From positions 1,576-65,575 of the forward strand of contig JBDHKD010000037.1 of the NCBI GenBank assembly GCA_039586575.1: a stretch of DNA of 64,000 nucleotides, given 5' to 3'. The notes under the pieces are model-generated. The model made no database searches. It was not told the origin of the DNA and saw nothing but the letters and a program-made list of their open reading frames with translations. Shown here one piece after another: positions 56,962 to 64,000 of the stretch. How positions within the stretch are numbered: position 1 is the stretch's first letter; each line of letters starts with the position of its first letter. This DNA is from Gemmatimonadota bacterium (lineage in GTDB: Bacteria; Gemmatimonadota; Gemmatimonadetes; Palauibacterales; KS3-K002). The position numbers and the translations under genes are program-made.

Positions 56962-57654
56962 TTGCGTCAGGAGATCGGAGTATCCCTGTTGCTGCTGGCT
57001 GGAACCCTGGCCCCGCTCGCCGGCTGCGAGCGGGATGCCGAGCCTGGGACCGAGAGGCAGCGCGAGCGGGCAGCGGAGATCCGGCCCGTGGGCCCTTACG
57101 CGGTCGCGGGCGATGCCCTGTACCGGCGCGAAGACGGCACGCTCGTGGCCGTAGCCGTGCTGCCTGGCGCCGAGGCTGCCGCGCCGGACACCCTGGAGGA
57201 ATGCGTCGCGGAGATCCCGGACCTCGGCAAAGCCCACTTCGGTCGGCTCGACCTGGCACCCGACACCGCCTGGGCGGCTTGGGCGACGACCGGGCCCGGC
57301 GCCTGCGTCGGAGTGCTCAGCCCGGGCGAGCCGGGGGTTCGCGTCCTGGGCCGCTGGTTGGCGGCCTACCCGGACACGTTGCTCTGGGCACCAGCCGGCC
57401 ACTACCTGGCGATCGGCCTAGCGCGGGCCGGCCGCCGCGATCTGGAGGTCTACGATGCGATGGCGGGGCGGCGACTCCAGATGCCGTGGGAGTTCGAGTG
57501 CGGCTACGAAGGCGATTGTGACGTGACAAGCGCGACTTGGCTGGGCGGCACGCTGCTCAACGTCGAGATCCGACTGGGGCCGGCCGAGCCTCCAGTGCCG
57601 TTCGAGGTGAACGTTGCCGCTGCGGCACCGGCGACGCCGGAAGAGGAGGTTTGA
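56962..57654 (+). CDS. Hypothetical lipoprotein
   Basis: TTG after GAGGA, lipobox LAGC, beta-propeller-like WAP.G motifs. Confidence 0.7.
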   Translation: MRQEIGVSLLLLAGTLAPLAGCERDAEPGTERQRERAAEIRPVGPYAVAGDALYRREDGTLVAVAVLPGAEAAAPDTLEECVAEIPDLGKAHFGRLDLAPDTAWAAWATTGPGACVGVLSPGEPGVRVLGRWLAAYPDTLLWAPAGHYLAIGLARAGRRDLEVYDAMAGRRLQMPWEFECGYEGDCDVTSATWLGGTLLNVEIRLGPAEPPVPFEVNVAAAAPATPEEEV

Positions 57655-57656
57655 GA

Positions 57657-58025
57657 ATGGGCGACGTTTTCTTACGCCGTCGCGTGTGGCGGAAGCTGGA
57701 ATCGCTACCCGACGAACGGCTGTATCAGGTCCTGGACTACATCGAGTTCCTCGAGGAGAAGTACGGAGAGGAGCGTCCCGCGGAGCCCGATCGCGTCCAG
57801 AAGTTTGCCGAAGGAATTCAGGACAAGCTGCGGGCCAGGCGAGCGGCGCCTTGGGCACTCAAGGGTGTGATGGGGGCGCTGAGCGTTGTCGACCGTGCCG
57901 TCGGCACGGCGGCGAAGACGGCTCGCGGGCTGGCCGACGAGTTGGAGAAGGTGGGGCGCAAGCAGGATCCGAACGGGCCGGACGACGACTCGGAGGACCG
58001 GTCCACCAAGATCGTCGTCGACTAG
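57657..58025 (+). CDS. DUF2281-like domain protein
   Basis: LESLPDERLYQVLDYIEFLEEKY pattern; RBS GAGGAGG. Confidence 0.7.
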   Translation: MGDVFLRRRVWRKLESLPDERLYQVLDYIEFLEEKYGEERPAEPDRVQKFAEGIQDKLRARRAAPWALKGVMGALSVVDRAVGTAAKTARGLADELEKVGRKQDPNGPDDDSEDRSTKIVVD

Positions 58026-58028
58026 GCG

Positions 58029-58403
58029 ATGGCGCGGCGAGCGAAGATCCGCGATCTGATCGCCGGGATACCGCGGTTCCTGGCGCTGCTGCTCGGGCTG
58101 ATCCGCGATCCGCGGGTGTCGGGCAGCGACAAGGCGCTACTGACTGCTGCGGTGGCCTACACCCTCACGCCCATCGACCTGATCCCCGATTTCCTGCCCA
58201 TCATCGGGCAGCTGGATGACCTGTTCTTCCTGGCGCTGGCGATCGACCGGCTGATTACGCACGCCGGTGAGGAGTTGGTGCGGGCCCACTGGTCGGGTCG
58301 TGAGGACGTTCTAATCGGACTCTGCGGCAGCCTCGAGGACCTGGCTCTCAAGCTGCCGGCGCCGGTGCGGCGGCGGCTGAAAGAGGAGGTGGCGGCCCGT
58401 TGA
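58029..58403 (+). CDS. YkvA/DUF1232 family protein
   Basis: DPRV...Y..TPIDLIPDFLPIIGQLDD. Confidence 0.9.
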   Translation: MARRAKIRDLIAGIPRFLALLLGLIRDPRVSGSDKALLTAAVAYTLTPIDLIPDFLPIIGQLDDLFFLALAIDRLITHAGEELVRAHWSGREDVLIGLCGSLEDLALKLPAPVRRRLKEEVAAR

Positions 58404-58509
58404 CACCCCGCTGAGACGCCGCATATCTTCACCCATGGAGCGAGGAGACTGGACGAAGGCGCCCGGGCGCGAGCGAAAGAGCGCGACCCGGGCGCTCGGC
58501 TATATATAA

Positions 58510-59988
<1,479 letters not shown>

Positions 59989-60005
59989 TGGGAGTTCCGG
60001 ATGCG

Positions 60006-60050
60006 TTGACAGTAGGCGCCCGGAGGCCTAAGTTCTGTCAGCTAGCTGAC
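60006..60050 (+). promoter_or_regulatory. Sigma-70 promoter with a perfect 14-bp palindromic operator at the start site
   Basis: TTGACA-N17-TAAGTT then GTCAGCTAGCTGAC (60037-60050). Confidence 0.65.
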
Positions 60051-60118
60051 TTGTGTGGCCAGCGGCTGCCCCCCCGCCGCCCGCGGTTCGCCAGCGGTCA
60101 CGCCCCACCGGAGCGGCG

Positions 60119-60556
60119 ATGAATACACCCTGGCACGACAGCCTTCAGCGAGAGCGCGTCAAGTTGGTCGACGCGCAGCTGATTCACGCCGCGGACACCC
60201 GGACGAGCGCCGAGATAGCACTGGAGTGGCGAGCGGTGGAGTACCGCGGTAAGGCGACGGCGCACGGTCATGGGGCGATAGATCTGAGGGTGTGCGCCGA
60301 GGCGACGCTGGATGCGTTGCACAAGCTGCTGGGCGGCCGGATGAGCTTTCGGCTCATTGGAGTGAAGTCGGTGAAGGCGTTCGACGATTCGGTGGCGATC
60401 GTGGCATTGGGTGTGATCGATCCCGAAACCGGTGGCGACCGTCGACTGATAGGAACGGCGCCGTCGACGGAGACCGGGGTTCCGCAGGGGGTGGCGCGAG
60501 CGGTGCTGAACGCCACCAACCGGGTCCTAGGGAACTTCCTGTCGACCGGCGAATAA
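60119..60556 (+). CDS. Hypothetical protein resembling a stand-alone LeuA-type allosteric domain
   Basis: Duplicated beta-beta-beta-alpha units ending in AEATLDAL and ARAVLNATNR. Confidence 0.6.
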   Translation: MNTPWHDSLQRERVKLVDAQLIHAADTRTSAEIALEWRAVEYRGKATAHGHGAIDLRVCAEATLDALHKLLGGRMSFRLIGVKSVKAFDDSVAIVALGVIDPETGGDRRLIGTAPSTETGVPQGVARAVLNATNRVLGNFLSTGE

Positions 60557-60617
60557 TACTTCTTTGGAGCGTCAGGTTCTTGACGTATCTTCCCCCCGAA
60601 CCCCCGCAGCGAGGCTA

Positions 60618-61745
60618 ATGACCGCGCACTATCCGGCCTTTGAGCCACCGCGCAGGGTTCTGATGGGCCCCGGCCCCTCGAACGTGAGCGCCCGGGTACT
60701 GCTGGCGATGGGGCGGCCCACGGTGGGCCACCTCGACCCGGCGTTCTTGCGGCTGATGGACGAGGTTGCCGACCAGCTGCGAACCCTGTTCGGCACGGCG
60801 AACGCCATGACGATCCCGATATCGGGCACGGGGTCTGCCGGGATGGAGACGGCGTTCGACAACCTGGTGGAACCGGGCGACACCGTGATCATCGGGGTGA
60901 ACGGTGTGTTCGGCCAGCGGATGGCGGACAACGCTGTGCGGGCGGGTGCGGAAGTGGTGGCGGTCGAGGCGGCGTGGGGCGAACCGCTCAACGTGGAGGA
61001 GCTGATCGCTGTCCACAAGGCGAATCCGGGAGCCCGCTTGCTGGCGGTGGTCCACGCCGAGACTTCCACCGGTGTCCTGCAGCCGTTGGAGGAGCTGGGC
61101 GGCCACCTGAAAGAGAGCGAGACGCTATTCCTGGTCGACACGGTGACGAGCTTGGGTGGTGTGCCCGTGCAGGTGGACGAGCGGCATGTGGACGTGGCGT
61201 ATTCGGGGACCCAGAAGTGTCTCAGCGTACCGCCGGGGTTGGCGCCGATCACCCTGTCGGAGCGAGCGATGGAGCGAGTCCGCTCGAGAGGGGAGAAGGT
61301 GCACAGCTGGTACCTCGATCTGTCGCTGATCGGTGCCTATTGGGGTGGGGAGCGGGCGTACCATCACACGGCGCCGATCAACGCGCTCTACGGTCTACAC
61401 GAGGGGCTGCGGGCGATTCTCGAGGAAGGCCTGGAGGCGCGGTTCGACCGGCACCGGCGTCTGGGTGCGCTGTTGCAGGACGGGATCGTGGCGCGCGGGA
61501 TGGAGTTGTTGGTGGACGAGCCGTACCGGCTGCCGCAGCTCACGTCCGTACTGATCCCGGACGGGGTGGAAGACAAGGCAATCCGCCGTCAGCTTCTGGA
61601 GCGCTTCGGGATCGAGATCGGCGGCGGTCTGGGGCCGCTGACCGGGAAGATCTGGCGGATCGGGTTGATGGGTGAGACATGCCGCGAGGAGAACGTGAGG
61701 CTCTTCTTGAGCGCGCTCGACGAGCTGCTGGAGGTCAAAGCGTGA
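60618..61745 (+). CDS. Alanine-glyoxylate/serine-pyruvate aminotransferase (class V)
   Basis: LMGPGPS, VHAETSTG, DTVTSLGG, SGTQKCLSVPPG, YHHT, WRIGLMG. Confidence 0.93.
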   Translation: MTAHYPAFEPPRRVLMGPGPSNVSARVLLAMGRPTVGHLDPAFLRLMDEVADQLRTLFGTANAMTIPISGTGSAGMETAFDNLVEPGDTVIIGVNGVFGQRMADNAVRAGAEVVAVEAAWGEPLNVEELIAVHKANPGARLLAVVHAETSTGVLQPLEELGGHLKESETLFLVDTVTSLGGVPVQVDERHVDVAYSGTQKCLSVPPGLAPITLSERAMERVRSRGEKVHSWYLDLSLIGAYWGGERAYHHTAPINALYGLHEGLRAILEEGLEARFDRHRRLGALLQDGIVARGMELLVDEPYRLPQLTSVLIPDGVEDKAIRRQLLERFGIEIGGGLGPLTGKIWRIGLMGETCREENVRLFLSALDELLEVKA

Positions 61746-63184
61746 GGCGCACGGGCTGGCTGGCTCTGGCGACAGCGGTAGCCGCCGCGCTGGCAGCAGG
61801 GTGCGCCGCGAGCCCCGCTGCCTCCAGCGCACCCGAGCCGCAGGCGCCGGGGACCGAGCCGGTACCGGTATTCGCCGAGGATAGTCTCGGCGCCTTAATC
61901 GCCGAAGTCGAGGGAAGTGCCGACTCGGCGACCGAGTCGGCGGTGGAAGCGGAAGCACGTCAGCTGTTCGGCGCGGCCGAGGCTGAAGAACTGCGCTCGG
62001 AAGGGCCCAGCTGGGATATCCCGATCACGATAAACGACGCGGTCGAGCGCTGGCTGGAGTACTTCCAGGCTGACGGCCGCCAGAACTTCCGTATCTACCT
62101 CGAGCGCGCCGGCCGCTACGAGCCGATGATGCGGGCCATCTTTCGCGATGCGGGCTTGCCCGAAGACTTGGTCTACTTGTCGCTCATCGAGAGCGGATTC
62201 AGCCCGCGTGCCTATAGCCGCGCCCGGGCCGTCGGCTTGTGGCAATTCATCGCCAGCACCGGCCGGCTGTACGACCTGCAGGTCTCCTACTGGATCGACG
62301 AGCGTCGCGATCCGATCCTCGCCACCAAGGCAGCCGCCGCTCACCTGAAGGATCTGCACGACGAGTTCGGATCGTGGTACCTGGCTGCCGCTGCGTACAA
62401 CGGCGGGGCGAATCGTGTGCGCCGCTCGATCCGTCGCTCGGGGACCGACGACTTCTGGACGCTCGCCCAACGCCGCTACTTGCGGCGCGAGACCCGGAAC
62501 TACGTGCCCAAGCTCATCGCCGCCGCTCTGATCGCCAAACAGCCCGAGCACTACGGGTTCTTCGACGTCGAGACGGCGGCGCCCATGGCCTACGACGTGG
62601 TACAGGTGCCCGAGGCCACGAGCCTCGATGTCGTCGCCGACGCCGCCGGCGTGCCCGTCGCCCAGGTCGTGGAGCTGAACCCCCAGATACTCCGTGGGGT
62701 GACGCCGCCCGGCCAGCGCTACTCGGTGCGCCTGCCGCCGGGCACCGGCCATGCCTTCGCGCTCAACTACGCCCAGGTGCCACCCTCGGAACGTGTGACT
62801 TGGGTGCAGCACGTCGTCAGACGCGGCGACACGCTGAGCGAGATCGCTCGCGCCTACGGGGTGAGTGTCTCTGCGATCCGTGCCGCCAATCCAGGGGTCA
62901 GAGCGCGTCAGCTGCGCATCGGCCAGCGGTTGGTGATCCCCAGAGCGGGCAGGCTGCCGCGCTACGCTTCGGCCACCAGCGTGCGCCAGAGCACCCCGCA
63001 GCGGGTCACCCCGCGGCCACCGGAGGGACCGTACATCACCTACAGGGTTCAGAGCGGCGATAGCCTCTGGGCGATCGCCCGGCGCTACGACGTCACCGCC
63101 CGTGACCTGATGCTGTGGAACGGGCTGACGAGCAGCCGCATCTACCCCGGGGATGAAGTGAGGATTTACGTAGGGTCGAATTGA
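61742..63184 (+). CDS. MltD-like lytic transglycosylase lipoprotein with LysM domains
   Basis: Lipobox AAGC, IESGF, AVGLWQFI, DERRDP, AAYNGG, ETRNYVPK, LysM repeats. Confidence 0.93.
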   Translation: MRRTGWLALATAVAAALAAGCAASPAASSAPEPQAPGTEPVPVFAEDSLGALIAEVEGSADSATESAVEAEARQLFGAAEAEELRSEGPSWDIPITINDAVERWLEYFQADGRQNFRIYLERAGRYEPMMRAIFRDAGLPEDLVYLSLIESGFSPRAYSRARAVGLWQFIASTGRLYDLQVSYWIDERRDPILATKAAAAHLKDLHDEFGSWYLAAAAYNGGANRVRRSIRRSGTDDFWTLAQRRYLRRETRNYVPKLIAAALIAKQPEHYGFFDVETAAPMAYDVVQVPEATSLDVVADAAGVPVAQVVELNPQILRGVTPPGQRYSVRLPPGTGHAFALNYAQVPPSERVTWVQHVVRRGDTLSEIARAYGVSVSAIRAANPGVRARQLRIGQRLVIPRAGRLPRYASATSVRQSTPQRVTPRPPEGPYITYRVQSGDSLWAIARRYDVTARDLMLWNGLTSSRIYPGDEVRIYVGSN

Positions 63185-63226
63185 GAACGTCTTCGGGGAT
63201 TCGGGGGATCGGGGAGTTCGGGAAGC

Positions 63227-63268
63227 AAAGAAAGGGGGCAGCCACCCAACGATGGCGCCCCCTTCTTC
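63227..63268. terminator. Probable bidirectional intrinsic terminator
   Basis: AAAGAAAGGGGGC-AGCCA...TGGC-GCCCCCTTCTTC between convergent genes. Confidence 0.65.
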
Positions 63269-63291
63269 GGGTTGGCCGTTGAAAGTCCGAG

Positions 63292-63978
63292 TTACTCCCC
63301 CAGCACGGCCTTCGCGTACCCGTTGGCGGGGTCGATCCCGCTGCGCAGCAGGCCGCCAACCCGGCCCGGACCGCGGTTGTAAGCCAGCAACGCCAGCCGC
63401 GTATCGCCGTTATACTCGTCCAGTAGATAACGGAAATAGCGGAACCCCAGGTGCAGGTTCGTCGCCGGATCAAACAGGTCCCGCGTCTCCACCGTCGGCT
63501 CCAACCAGCGCGCCGTGCTCGGCCGGATCTGTGTGTAGCCGATGGCGCCCGCCGAGCTCACCGCCGTCCGCCGGAATCCACTCTCCACACGCACCAGGTT
63601 GAAAGCCAGCTCTGGGTTCACGTCCTCGGCCAGAGCGACGTCGTAGACCTGCGTCGCCCGGTTCGCCGGAATCCGAAACTCGCTCGAGAAATGTTGGATC
63701 CGCTCCAGACGCTCCACCTCCAGCGTCCTCAGCTCGATCTCGCTCCGCAGGTCTCGGTTTTCCGCCGCCATCAGCGCCAGCTCACCACTCAGCCGATCCG
63801 CCGCCGGGTTACCCATCTGCGGCGACCCGCTGATCACGTTCGTGACCGCCAGCACCCCGGCCACCAGGATCAGCGCCCACACGATCGTCGGTATCTCCGA
63901 TAATCGTGCCTGGATCTGCGGCCAGCGGAACGATACCGCCTGCGCCTGCGTCTGCCACGTCGATGTATAGTCTCGCAT
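63292..63978 (-). CDS. SLT-domain lytic transglycosylase with TM and coiled coil
   Basis: VESGF, SSAGAIGYTQI, LFDPATNL, ALLAYNRG. Confidence 0.9.
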   Translation of the reverse strand: MRDYTSTWQTQAQAVSFRWPQIQARLSEIPTIVWALILVAGVLAVTNVISGSPQMGNPAADRLSGELALMAAENRDLRSEIELRTLEVERLERIQHFSSEFRIPANRATQVYDVALAEDVNPELAFNLVRVESGFRRTAVSSAGAIGYTQIRPSTARWLEPTVETRDLFDPATNLHLGFRYFRYLLDEYNGDTRLALLAYNRGPGRVGGLLRSGIDPANGYAKAVLGE

Positions 63979-64000
63979 TATCTTTCCATCCTCAGCCTAG

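Overview
A 64 kb, GC-rich (by eye about 68-70%) bacterial chromosomal segment, almost entirely coded on the + strand. Gene content and order suggest Gemmatimonadota (inference). It starts inside rnpB and then runs through a housekeeping backbone: two M16 peptidases, sdaA, an ECF sigma/anti-sigma pair, holA, mutS, cbs, ddl, an EF-G paralogue, yebC-ruvCAB-queA-tgt-yajC-def-fmt-thiE-thiS-thiG-rsmB, tsaD-lgt, TamA/TamB, htpX and uvrA. A patch of accessory genes follows (about 44.2-51.4 kb), then a pspA locus, acpS, guaB and two lytic transglycosylases. I saw no CRISPR array, transposase, integrase, rRNA or convincing tRNA. The main oddities are: (1) fmt has an in-frame deletion of its catalytic motif, next to a def gene whose only plausible full-length start is ATA, and rsmB and an AI-2E gene appear to start at CTG; (2) the AI-2E permease after pspA carries an inserted helical hairpin with the RLS signature of periplasmic adaptor proteins; (3) a shared ECF-type promoter motif precedes the sigma gene, the anti-sigma gene and the pspA operon; (4) there are several unannotated structured RNA candidates and a 56-aa membrane microprotein; (5) a pair of octamer-built intergenic palindromes; (6) further internally deleted genes (DUF1611-like, DUF4440-like). 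All family calls come from motif recognition by eye; no searches were run.
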